A stretch of 64,000 bases of DNA from Malacoraja senta. Its lineage: Eukaryota. The notes beneath the pieces are model-generated. The model was not told the DNA's origin and searched no databases. It worked only from the letters and a program-made list of their open reading frames with translations. Positions 52,733 through 64,000 of the stretch are shown piece by piece; the first letter of the stretch is position 1, and every line of letters starts with the position of its first letter. The position numbers were made by a program, and so were the translations under genes. The stretch spans positions 2,110,001 through 2,174,000 of the forward strand of contig CM075995.1 in the NCBI GenBank assembly GCA_038087875.1, given 5' to 3'.

Positions 52733-55143
52733 AGACAATAGGTGCAGGAGTAGGCCATTTGGTCCTTAGAGCCAGCACTGCAATTCAATGTCATCATGGC
52801 TGATCATCCACAATCAGTACCCCATTACTGCCTTCTCCCCATATCCCTTGACTCCGCTATCTTTAAGAGCTCTATCTAACTCTCTCTTGAAAGCATCCAG
52901 AGAACCGGCCTCCACCAACCTCTGAAGCAGAGAATTCCACAGACTCACAACTCTCTGTGTGAAAAAGTATTTCCTCATCTCCGTTCTAAATGGCTTACCC
53001 CTTATTCTTAAACTGTGTTTCCTGCCTCTAGCGTGTCCAAACCCTTAATAATCTTATATGTTTCAAATATATCTCCTCTCATCCTTCTAAATTCCAGAGT
53101 ATACAAGCCCAGCCACTCCATTCTATCAATATATGACAGTTCCCGCCATCCTGGGAATTAACCTTGTGAACCGACGCTGCACTACCTCAATATGTCCTTC
53201 CTCAAATTTGGAGACCAAAACTGCACACAATACTCCAGGTGTGGTCTCACTAGGGCCCTGTACAACTGCAGAAGAACCTCTTTGCTCCTATACTCAATGA
53301 AGGCCAACATGCCATTCGCTTTCTCACTGCCTGCTGTACCTGCATGGTTACTTTCAGTGACTGATGAACAAGGACATCCCAGATCCCATTGTACTTCCCC
53401 TTTTCCCAACGTCACCATTTACTTAATAATCTGCCATCCTGTTTTTGCCACGGTGGATAACCTCACATTTATCCACATAAAACTGCATCTGCCATGCATC
53501 TGCCCACTCACCCAACCTGTCCAAGTCACCCTGCATCCTCATTGCATCCTCCTCACAGTTCACACCCACCCAGCTTTGTGTCATCTGCAAATTTGCTAAT
53601 GTTACTTTTAATCCCTTCATCTAAATCATTAATCTATATTACTAAAAGTCTGATCTTGACACTTCCTGTTGTTCTGTATATTGATTTTAGAAAAAACGCT
53701 GCCACTTACGGCTGTGATTTTTGGCCATCTTACTCAAAGTCCCCCTCTGCTGCGCAGGACAAGAGGATTTTTCCCATTGATGAAAAATAAAAGAGTTATT
53801 AGTGTTTAAAAAATGTTGAGATTCTCTCTCCTGAAGGCCACGCCCCTTCCGGAGGGACTATAAAACCCGGAAGTGTTGAGTGCCTCAGTCAGTCTCTGCA
53901 AGATGGGGGAGCGAGAGGGTCACGTCCCTCAGCCTGAGCTGTGAATAACACTGAAAACATGTCTCCCAAAACTGTGAGTGGTTTTACTGACCTGTCGGTG
54001 CCCTTAATGTGGTTTGAAAATATAGTTTGGAAATGCTAAAGCTGTGTTGCCTTTGGTTTGGAAATGCTAAAGCTGTGTTGCCTTTGGTTTGGAAATGCTA
54101 AAGCTGTGTTGCTTAATTAAAGTTGCATTGCCTAATTAAAGTTGCCTTGCCTAATTAAAGTTGCCTTGCCTTCTATATAATTAAAAGTCTAATCTTGACC
54201 ACTTCCTGTTTGTGCTTTATATTGATTTTAGAAAAATGCTACCACGTGCGGCTGTGATTTTTGGCCATCTTTTTCAGTCCCCCTCCGCTCATCAGGTGCC
54301 GAGGAATTTTCCCATCAATGAAAAATAAAAGATTTATTAGTGTTTTAAAAATGTTGAGATTCTCTCTCCTGTCAATCACGCCATGAAGGCCACGCCCTTT
54401 CTGGTGGGAGGGACTATAAAACCCAGAAGTGTGGGCGTGGCTCAGTCTCTGCAAGATGTAGGAGGGAGAGGTCGCTGTCTTTAGTGGCCTTGCACCCTAC
54501 TTTAAATGGTATGAAACTGCACTTGAATTTGATGGCCTTGCACCCTACTTGAAATGGAATTTCAAGGAATAGCCATGAGTCAACTGCCTGCCCACCAGCT
54601 GTGAGTGAGTGAGCTGCCAGCACAATAGGCTTGAGTGACTGGGCCGCCAGCCCAAGAATCCATTCGGCCCAATGTCCATACTAGCCCTCTGGAAACCAGT
54701 CCCTTCAGCTCACAACACCCATACTAGCGCTCCAGAAAGCCCCCCCCCCTCCCCACTGGCCACCAATATTGGAATTGGTGAGAGGTGGAATATTGCGTTG
54801 GGGACCAGCCCTCCCATGATGCTGGGACCCAACGGGTCCCACTTAGTCTAGTATATATTGTAAATGGCTGCTGTTCCAGCACCGAGCCTTGCGGTACCCC
54901 ACTAGTCACTGCCTGCCATTCTGAAAGGGACCCGTTAATCCCTACTCTTTGTTTCCTGTCTGCCAACCAATTTTCTATCCATGTGTGCACCCCACCCCCA
55001 ATACCGTGTGCTCTAATTTTGCCCACTAATCTCCTATGTGGGACCTTATCAAATGCTTTCTGAAAGTCCAGGTACACTACATCCACCGGCTCTACCTTGT
55101 CCATTTTCCTAGTTACATCCTCAAAAAATTCCAGAAGATTAGT
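52733..55143 (-). mobile_element. CR1 split by a Helitron and itself inserted into a Rex1/Babar 3' UTR
   Basis: ORF 54724-55104 contains VDVVYLDFQKAFDKVPH...GVPQGSVL. The Rex/Babar UTR GTGAAAAGCTTTT|...|GTTGCTTGCTAACCAGTCAGC flanks it. Confidence 0.88.
53633..54851 (+). mobile_element. Non-autonomous Helitron (1219 bp) inserted at an A^T site in CR1
   Basis: CR1 ...AAATCATTAA^TATATATTGTAAAT... is interrupted exactly by TCTATATTACTAAAAG...GGGACCCAACGGGTCCC-ACTTAGT-CTAG, with no TSD. Confidence 0.92.
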
Positions 55144-55907
55144 TGCTTGCTAACCAGTCAGCAGAAAGACAATACATGATTACAATCGAGCCATTTACAG
55201 TTTATAGATATGATAAGGGAATAACGTTTAGTGCAAGGTAAAGCCAGCAAAGTCTGATCAAGGATAGTCCAAGGGTAGAGAGTAGTTCAGCACTGCTCTC
55301 TCTGGTTGTGGTAGGATGATTCAGTTGCCTGATAACATCTGGGCAGATGTTCTCAGTGGAGCTAGGCCCACGTTGGGTGGGACCTCTCTGCAGCAGGAAT
55401 CCATGCGGTTGGTCTTCGGGTGCCGGGAGTCAAAGTTAAGGGAGATCTGAGAGGAGTTTAAGAAGATCCTTTCCTCCAGAGATGCTGTCTGACCCACTGA
55501 GTTACTCCAACTATTCTCAGTTTAACCAGCATCTGCAGTTCCTTCCAACACATCGCTGTAATGTAACAGGTGAAGTAGTCTGGTATCCAGTCTGACTTGG
55601 TGCAAGTATGTGTGAGGAGGTGGGGGGGGGGGGGGGGGTCATGGAGAGGTGAACTGGTGGAGAGACTCGCAATAGGTGTGTGGTATGATCTGTCACATAG
55701 CTAGTATTTGTTAGGACGCGTTGAACCGAAACACAAGATTGTGAGCGCTCAGCAGGCCTGAACACATCTATGAAGCAGGAAACTTTAGGACCAATGTGTT
55801 TTATCCAGTCAGAGACATGCAGGTCAAAAATAGCAGAACTCCACGATTCTCGTTGAGTTATATGTGACTGTGGGAAATGTGATTCATAGCTACTTTGTGC
55901 CACTCAT

Positions 55908-57458
55908 TTTTTGAGGATGTAACTAGGAAAATGGACAAGGGAAAGCCAGTGGATGTAGTGTACCTGGATTTTCAGAAAGCATTTGATAAGGTCCCACATA
56001 GGAGATTAGTGGGAAGAATTAGGGCACATGGTATACATAGATACATAGAAAATAGGTGCAGGAGTAGGCCATTCGGCCCTTCGAGCCTGCACCGCCATTC
56101 AATACGATCATGGCTGATCGTATTGAATGGCGAAGATCCTTTCCTCCAGAGATGCTGTCTGACCCACTGAGTTACTCCAACTATTCTCAGTTTAACCAGC
56201 ATCTGCAGTTCCTTCCAACACATCGCTGTAATGTAACAGGTGAAGTAGTCTGGTATCCAGTTGACTTGGTGCAAGTATGTGTGAGGAGGGGGGGGGGGGG
56301 GTCATGGAGAGGTGAACTGGTGGAGAGACTCGCAATAGGCGTGTGGTATGATCTGTCATGGGGGTAGAGTGCCGACATGGATAGAAAATTGGTTGGCAGA
56401 CAGGAAACAAAGAGTAGGGATTAACGGGTCCATTTCAGAATGGCAGGCAGTGACTAGTGGGGTGCCGCAAGGCTCGGTGCTGGGACCGCAGCTATTTACA
56501 ATGTACATCAAATGATTTGGATGAAGGGATTCAAAGTAATTTGCAGTGGGTGGCAGTGTGAACTGTGAGGAGGATGCAATGAGAATGCAGGGTGACTTGG
56601 ACAGGTTGGGGAGTGGGCAGATGCATGGCAGATGAAGTTTAATGCGGATAAATGTGAGGTTATCCACTTTGGTATCAAAAACAGGAAGGCAGATTACTAA
56701 CTAAATGGCGTCAAGTTGGGAAAAGGGGAAGTACAACGGGATCTGGGGGTCCATGTTCATCAGTCTATGAAAGTAAGCATGCAGGTACAGCAGGTAGTGA
56801 AGAAAGTGATTGGCATGTTGGCCTTTATAACACGAGGAGTCGAGTACAGGAACAAAGAGGTCCTTCTGCAGTTGTAAAGGGCCCTAGTGAGACCACATAT
56901 GGAGTATCGTGTGCAGTTTTGGTCCCCTAATTTGAGGAAGGACATTCTTGCTATTGAGGGAGTGCAGCGTAGGTTACAAGGTTAATTCCCGGGATGGCGG
57001 GACTGTCATATGCTGAGAGAATGGAGCGGCTGGACTTGTACACTCTGGAGTTTAGAAGGATTGAGAGGCGATCTTATTAAAACATAAAAGATTGTCAAGG
57101 GTTTGGACACACTAGAGGCAGGAAACATGCTCCCAATGTTGGGGGAGTCCAGAACCAGGGGCCACAGTTTAAGAATAAGGGGTAAGCCATTTAGAACGGG
57201 AGACGAGGAAACACTTTTTCTCACAGAGAGTGGTGAGTCTGTGGAATTCTCTGCCTCAGAGGGCGGTGGTGGCCTGTTCTCTGGATACTTTCAAGAGAGA
57301 GCTAGATAGGGCTCGTAAAGATAGCGGAGTCAAGGGATATGGGGAGAAGGCAGGAATGGGGTACTGATTGGGGATGATCAGCCATGATCACATTGAATGG
57401 CGGTGCTGGCTCGAAGGGCCAAATGGCCTACTCCTGCACTTATTGTCTATTGTCTATT
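55908..57458 (+). mobile_element. 5'-truncated CR1 with a complex internal insertion (56035-56358)
   Basis: FFEDVTRKMDKGKPVDVVYLDFQKAFDKVPH through to a CTATTGT tail, with frameshifts. Confidence 0.9.
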
Positions 57459-57486
57459 GGCTTTGTGGCTAAATTGGCCTCTATAA

Positions 57487-57808
57487 AAGCCCTGTCCCAG
57501 TTCATTCCAAGTGTTCTCCCGAGTTTTAAAAAAAATCAAACTCGTGGTAAGCACGAGAATGAACGTAGCGGGTACGTCGGAGCACGGGGTCGTCTCTTAG
57601 CGGCTCGTAACGCTAATGGCAGGTACTCGGGAAGACTCGCTAATGGCAGGTAAGCACGGGAAGGCTCGTGAAGATTTTTCAACATGTTGAAAAAAGTCCA
57701 CGAGAGCCCCGAGTATCGACGAGTGGCCATTACCGTAAATCTCCGAGTTCGAATCAGGGCAAGCTCGGGAGAGCTCTTGGAATGAACTCGTACCGTGGGA
57801 CAGGGCTT
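57487..57808. mobile_element. PIF/Harbinger-type MITE in a SINE tail
   Basis: TIR AAGCCCTGTCCCA...TGGGACAGGGCTT. TAA is duplicated at 57484-57486 and 57809-57811. Confidence 0.8.
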
Positions 57809-58010
57809 TAAATAGCCCCCAAATGTGTAGGAAGTGGATGAGAAAGTGGGACAATATAGAACCAGTGTGAACAGATGGTCAATGGTTGGCATGGACTTGG
57901 TGGGCTGAAGGCCTGTTGCCATGCTGTTTCTTTAAAAAAAACATTAACCCTTTCCAATTTGCTGGTGAGGCCAAAGGTGGAGTATTGTACATATGTTTAG
58001 ATACCATACT

Positions 58011-58500
58011 TTCAGTTTAGTTCAGTTTAATTTATTGTCACATGTACCGAGGTACGATGAATAGCTTTTGTTGCGTGCTATCCAGTCAGCGGAAAGACAA
58101 CACATGATTACAGTCGAGCCATTTACAGCGTACAGATACATGATTGGGGAATAACATGTAGTGCAACGTAAAGCCAGTAAAGTCTGATCAAGGATAGTCC
58201 GAGGGTCACCAATGAGGTAGATCGTAGTTCAGGACTGCTCTCTAGATTTGGCAGGATGATTCAGTTGCCTGATAACAGCTGGGAACAGACTGTTCCTGAA
58301 ACTGTGGTGTGCGTTTTCGCACTTCTATACCTTTTGCCCGATGGGAGAGGGGAGAAGAGGGAGTGGCCAGGGTGCGACTCATCCTTGATCATGCTGCTGG
58401 CCTTGCCGAGGCAGCGTGAGGTACAAATGGAGTCGGTACAAGGGAGGTTGGTTTGTGTGATGGTCTGTGCTGCGTCCACAATTTGTTGCAATTTCTTGCG
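58011..58500 (-). mobile_element. Rex1/Babar-type LINE 3' fragment
   Basis: ORF 58261-58548 contains RKKLQQIVDAAQTITQTNLP...RCLGKASSMIKDESHPGHSLFSPLPSGKRYRS. Confidence 0.8.
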
Positions 58501-61075
58501 CAGGCTGTGACATGTTGGCTGGTGTTGGCAAGGTGGGCTGATTTCCATGATGGATCAATCTATGACTCCAAGAATTGAGGTTCCACCTCAATAACAGTTG
58601 ATGGTGGAAAAAAATCTGGAGGCCATGGTAAAAACATCCTTCAATTAGGGAATCCCTCCAATCCTCCAAACCTGTCCTATTCATGTATCTGTCTAACTGT
58701 TTCTCAAATGTTGGGATAGTCCCTGCCTCAACCACCTCCTCTGGCAGCATGTTCTTCATGAAGAACGCTGTTATTTAGTCAGGGAGAAGAAAACACTAAA
58801 AGCAGCCTGAGAGTGGACCGCAAAGTGCTGGAGTAACTCAGCAGCTCAGGGCAGCATTTCTGGGGATGTGTATTGATGGATCATTTTGGCATCGTGACCC
58901 TTCTGCAGCTGACTTGACCGGCATTCTTGGCACCATCTTAAAATTTACACTCAATTTGACCAATGCAGATGTAGTGAGGAACATCTGAGTTGAATTTAGC
59001 TTATTGTCACGTGTACCAGGGTACAGTGAAAAGCTATTTACCAACCAGCCAGTGGAAAGACAATACATGATTACAACCGAGCCATTCTCAGTGTGCAAAT
59101 ACGTGATAAGGGACTATCGTTTCGTGCAAGGTAAAGCCAGTAAAGTCCGATCAAAGGTAGTCAGAGGGTCCCCGATGAGGTAGGTTGTACTTGAGGTTGC
59201 GGTGGGATGGTTCAGTCATCCTATTACCGACATCCTATTCCTTTTCTCCGGAGATGCTGTCTGAGCCCCCCCCCCCCCTCCTCCCTCCCTCCCTAGTTCC
59301 AGCAATCTATCCCACTTTCTGCTGACCAAATTCAAGCAAAGTGTTCCCTTTGTAAAGTCCAGGGCAACAGCACAGCTCTGGACCACACACACTTGTAACT
59401 GGACTCCCAGTGGATTAACCTACAGCCATACTTAGGGGATTTCTACCAACCTGCACATGTGTCTACTAATTGCAATTCACACGCTTTTAAATGCATCGAG
59501 GAGCTGGTTTATTTTGGGGGGGGGGGGGGGGTGGAGGATGAAGGGTGAAAAAGATTCAAGCGTTTCTGTAAAGCCCCGGCAGAGAACGGCTGCGGGTTTG
59601 AACTGCAGAAGCACACCAGAATTTGCCTTACTCAATTCTCGATTCCCAAAAGGCAGGACCTTGACCTGATGAATACTATGAAGGGGTAACCACGGTTTGC
59701 AAATGAAGGACCGGATTATTGGAAGCATATATTCAGTACAACTCTCCCACCGGAGCAAGTAGATTGGGTGGGGGGTAGGCAGATTAGGCCCCCCACCAAT
59801 AATGCAATGAGTTGGCACGGGTTACCTCCGCTCCACCACATCCAACCCAGAGAACAGGAAGAAATTGATTCGCCCTAACATTTCCCAAAGCCTGAAGGAT
59901 CTAAATGCAGAGAATAATAAACCTGAACCTCAACCTAAATTAACCTGCTCCTGAGGCTACGCGGGATGGTTTAAACAAAAAAATACCGCACAGACTCGCA
60001 TTACATGTGTAAATGTAAATTCTAAAGGAACGGAAATCCTCCGGTAGGTCAAAAAAATAATTCCTCTAAAGCTCCGTCTAACCAAAATACAACAGCAGCT
60101 TTTCACCATTACTAAATGTCAAGCATATTAAAACAAATGTCAAACGACCAGAAATGCCAAGCGTTGCAGCGTGGGCTGTAGCTGTGGTTTAGGGTGGGGG
60201 AGGTAAGGCAAGTTCCGGACAGTCAGCAGTTCAATGCAAGAGTTTCTTTGGTGAGTTAGATCGCTGCATTTGTTATTCTGCTGGTAAGATTGTTGTTGAT
60301 TTTTGTTTTGGCCACCAGACAAAGTGCAGGGACGTTGCAGGGTTTGCAAGTAAAAGTACCCTATCGGATTACACTTTGCAACGTTAAATATTTGCAGTTT
60401 GCAGCGTGCTACTAGGGGCGGGCTCGAGTTTAAATCTTAAGAAGCACCAAACTAATAATTTCATGAAATTGCGTGTGTTGAATCTGTGCACTGAGGGAAA
60501 CAGAGGGTTTAAGATTCAGGCAGAACAGGAGGATTTTGTTGTTGTTGTGTATGTAGGAAGGAACTGCAGATGCTGTTTTACACTCAAAATAACCAGCGGG
60601 ACAGGCAGCATCTCTGGAGAGAAGCAATGGGTGGCGTTTCGGGTCGAGACCCTTATTCAGACTGAGAGTCAGAGGGGGTGGGGGAGGGGGGGGAGAGGGA
60701 GTCTAGAGATATGTTGAAGGGTAAGTTGGGAAAACGATAGATCGAAGCAGACGTTGATCAAATAATTGGATGTTTTCCAAGTAGAAGGATGTTTTCTTTT
60801 GTGGAGGAAGGAACTGCAGATGCTGGTTTGCACCGAAGATAGACACATGATGCTGGAGTAACTCAGCGGGACAGGCAGCATCTCTGGAGAGAAGGAATGG
60901 GTGGCGTTTCGGGTCGAGACCCTTCAGACTCTTTTGATTAGTTTTCTTTTGATTTGTGCAACTTCAACTGCTGAACCAGTTTATGGTGCCTTCTTCGAAT
61001 TAGAGGCGGACAAAAGTGCGGCGGAGGGCAGCGGGCGCCCGGCACACACAATGACAGCCCTTTCTCGCTGCTCCA

Positions 61076-61140
61076 TTCATTCATTCATTCATTCATTCAT
61101 TCATTCATTCATTCATTCAGCTGCTGCTGCTGCTGCTGCT
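61076..61140. repeat. Compound microsatellite (ATTC)n(GCT)n
   Basis: Read directly from the sequence. Confidence 0.95.
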
Positions 61141-61357
61141 ATGTGCGGGCGAGAGAAGAGGCAAGGCGCCGCCAGAGGTGGGGGTTGAACGGCAGCTGCC
61201 ACGGCAGACCTGTCCAACAAAAAGGGGGAGGAAAGTGGAGGAGGGAGAGGAGAGGAGGGGGGGGGGAGGAAGAGAGGTGTAGGAGAGGAGAGGGAGGGGC
61301 TGAGAAGGGGAGGAGAGGAGGAGGGAATAGGAAAGGAAAGGGGAGGAGGGGGAGGGT

Positions 61358-62250
61358 CTACTCTGCCAGTCGGCCCATCGAATCTACTCCGCCATTCAAT
61401 CATCGCTGACCTATCTCTCCCTCCTAACCCCATTCTCCCGCCTTCTCCCCATAACCCATGACACCCGTACCGTACTAATCAAGAATCTACCTATCTGACT
61501 TTAAAAATATCCATTGGCTTGGCCTCCACAGCCTTCAGTGGCAATTAGTTCCGCAGATTCACCACCTTATGTGTAAAGAATGTCCTCCTCATCTCCTTTC
61601 TTAAGGTACGTCCTTTTATTCTGAGGCTATGGCTTCTGGTCCTAGACTCCCCCACTAATGGAAACATCCTCTCCACATCCACTCTATCCAGGCCTTTCAC
61701 TATTCGGTAAGCTTCAATGAGGTCCTCGCCCCTTCATCCTTCTAAACTCCAGCGAGTACAGGCCCAGTCCCGTGTAATGCTTATCATATGTTCACCCACT
61801 CATTCCTGGGATCATTCTCATAAACCTCCTCAGGACCCTCTCCAATGCCAGCACATCCTCCCTCAGATCAAGGAGTCAAAACTGCTCACAATACTCCAAA
61901 TGCAGTCTGACCCAGTGCCTTATAAAGCCTCAGTATTAAGGTCCTGTCCCACTAGGTGATTTTTACGGCAACTGCCGGCGTCATATCTGTGTCGCCAAAA
62001 GATTTTGAACTTTTCAAAATCCAGTGGCGACAAAAAAATGTTGCGACACTTGAAAAAACACCGCACGTCATACGTCACCACGCCGTGTCACGCTGCATCG
62101 TCACGCCGCTAATTTTTCGGTGACCTGATATGTCAGTCAATGATGCCGGCAGTCGCCGAAAAAAATCGCCAAGTGGGACAGGCCCTTTACATTCCTGTTT
62201 TTATATTCTAGTCCTGTTGAGATAAATGCTGGCATTGCGTTTGCCTTCCA
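61358..62250 (-). mobile_element. CR1 3' fragment split by a MITE
   Basis: Reverse-complement CR1 RT C-terminus and UTR. The sequence is continuous across the MITE (CAGTATTA|...|TTACATTCC). Confidence 0.8.
61939..62186. mobile_element. PIF/Harbinger-type MITE
   Basis: TIR AGGTCCTGTCCCACT...AGTGGGACAGGCCCT. TTA is duplicated at 61936-61938 and 62187-62189. Confidence 0.82.
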
Positions 62251-64000
62251 AATGCAACATGCACCTTCACTACTAAAAATACAAATTTATTTCCCAAATA
62301 TAAAATTGATTGTAGGAATAATTATAATGCTGTTCAAAATCAGTACTTTGATCAATACTCAGACTAACTGCTTCTGATTTATCTGTACGGTTTTGCTTTG
62401 AACTGAGTATCGTGAAATTTATTAACATGCAAATCCAATATAAATAAATCTAATTAAAGTTAGTTTGTTTCTGATTCAGTCATTGTGATTGTGTCCATAT
62501 TTGCTTTACTCGTAAGGATTGTCCTCATCATAGAGCCACAGAGACATACAGCGTGGATCGGGCACTTTGGCTCAACTTGCCCACACCAGCCAACATGATC
62601 CAGCTACACTGGTCCCACCTGCCTGCACTTGGCCCATATCCTTCTAAACCTGTCCTATGTATGCACCTGCCTCTTTCTTAAAGATTGCTGCCTTTGGTGG
62701 TGGGTATATGGAATTGAAAAAGTTACCCCTCAGATTCCTATTGAATCTTTCCCCCTTCACCTTAAACCTATGTCCTCTGGTCCTCGATTCCCCTACTCTG
62801 GACAAGAGACTCTGTGCATCTACCTGATCTATTCCTCCCATGATTTTATACACCTCTATAAGACCACTCCTCATCCTCTTGTGCTCCAAGGAATAGAGTC
62901 CCAGGCTAAGAAAAGCAGTCTAGAAAAGCCTGTATTTACAAGAACAGAATGAAATGAACATCTTACTGCACCCCACTCCTCCCCCGCATAAAATAGGAAT
63001 TATGGAAATCTGAAATTGAAACAGTAAAAGCTGGTGCTGAAAATGTAGAGAACTAGAAAACTTGAACATCTGATAACCTGAACATTCAGATTTATGTCGT
63101 CACAACAGGTACATAAGAATTCTCAGAACATAATCAATAGCAACTACATGACAAGATATCACCATTACTTGGTTATTAATATTTCATCCTACAGAATTCC
63201 TGGCCTATTTATGTTCATGTTCGAAGAGCAGAATTAGGCTATTCGGCTCATCAAGTGTACTGTACCATTCAATCATGGCTGATCTGTCTTTCTCTCTCAA
63301 CCCCATTCCCCTGCCTTCTCACCATAAACCCTGACACCCGTACTAATTAAGAATTTTGTTAATTTCCGCCTTTAAAAATATCCATTGACTTGGCCTCCAC
63401 AACCGTCTGTGGCAATGAATCCCAGAGATTCCCCACCCTCTGACTAAAGAATACTTCTCATCTCCTTTCTAAAGGTACGTCCTTTTATTCTGAGGCTACG
63501 ATCTTTGGTCCTATACTCTCCCACTAGATCTTAGCTTCATTATTCTAGCTCCAAATAATGCTGGTGGTAAGGTTGTGTTGAGCTGAAAATGAACACAAAT
63601 GTGTGCATGAATTAGGAACAGTTGCAGACCACGGACCCTTGAGCCCGATGCACTTTTCAATAAGATGAAGGCCCACCTGTGGACCATCAGAACCAAGCAT
63701 TCCTGGCTTTATCCAACAACTTTACTTAGCAAGTATCTCTATAGACCTGACATGGAAACATTCACGTTTATTGTTTCCATCACCCTTTGACGGGCTTAGT
63801 TCCAAAGATAGTTCACGATTTGTCCTGCCTCGCACCATTCCCAGTTCTCTTCCCTACCCCCCCCCCTCCCCCCTACAATCAATCTTTAGACTTTACTTCA
63901 GATATTCAGCATGGAACCAGGCCATAGTGCCCTGCGAGTCCGCACCGAATACTATGCTACACACAATAGGGACAATTTACAATTTACAGAAGCCAATTAA

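Noticed and set aside
44868..54851. Functional link between TDP2 (5'-phosphotyrosyl removal) and nearby Helitrons
   Set aside because: The captured piece lacks the catalytic EEP domain and sits in a different element class. Proximity is explained by repeat density.

Overview
This is eukaryotic, repeat-dominated vertebrate DNA, not prokaryotic. The repeat complement (CR1 LINEs with (CTATTGT)n or (TTTCTATG)n tails, HE1/V-SINE-like tRNA SINEs, Rex1/Babar LINE 3' ends, Penelope-like GIY-YIG fragments) points to a cartilaginous fish, probably a skate or ray (inference). There is one 200-N gap at 48366-48565. I found no complete host gene; nearly all ORF-track hits are LINE fragments, tandem repeats or low-complexity tracts. 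Notable structures: (1) a CAG...CTG TIR element with an ACATTA target duplication (44868-46790) carrying a TDP2-like first exon, its GT donor and the start of the intron; (2) many Penelope-derived short repeats with a minimal hammerhead-ribozyme core (CTGAAGA-stem-GAAACGTC), often in inverted pairs; (3) non-autonomous Helitrons (A^TC...hairpin-CTAG^T) carrying promoter-like motif cassettes and variable minisatellites; (4) local templated insertions, fold-back palindromes and nested insertions; (5) a CpG-rich promoter/exon-like patch beside the gap. Family assignments come from recalled motifs, not database searches. Boundaries of degraded repeats are approximate.
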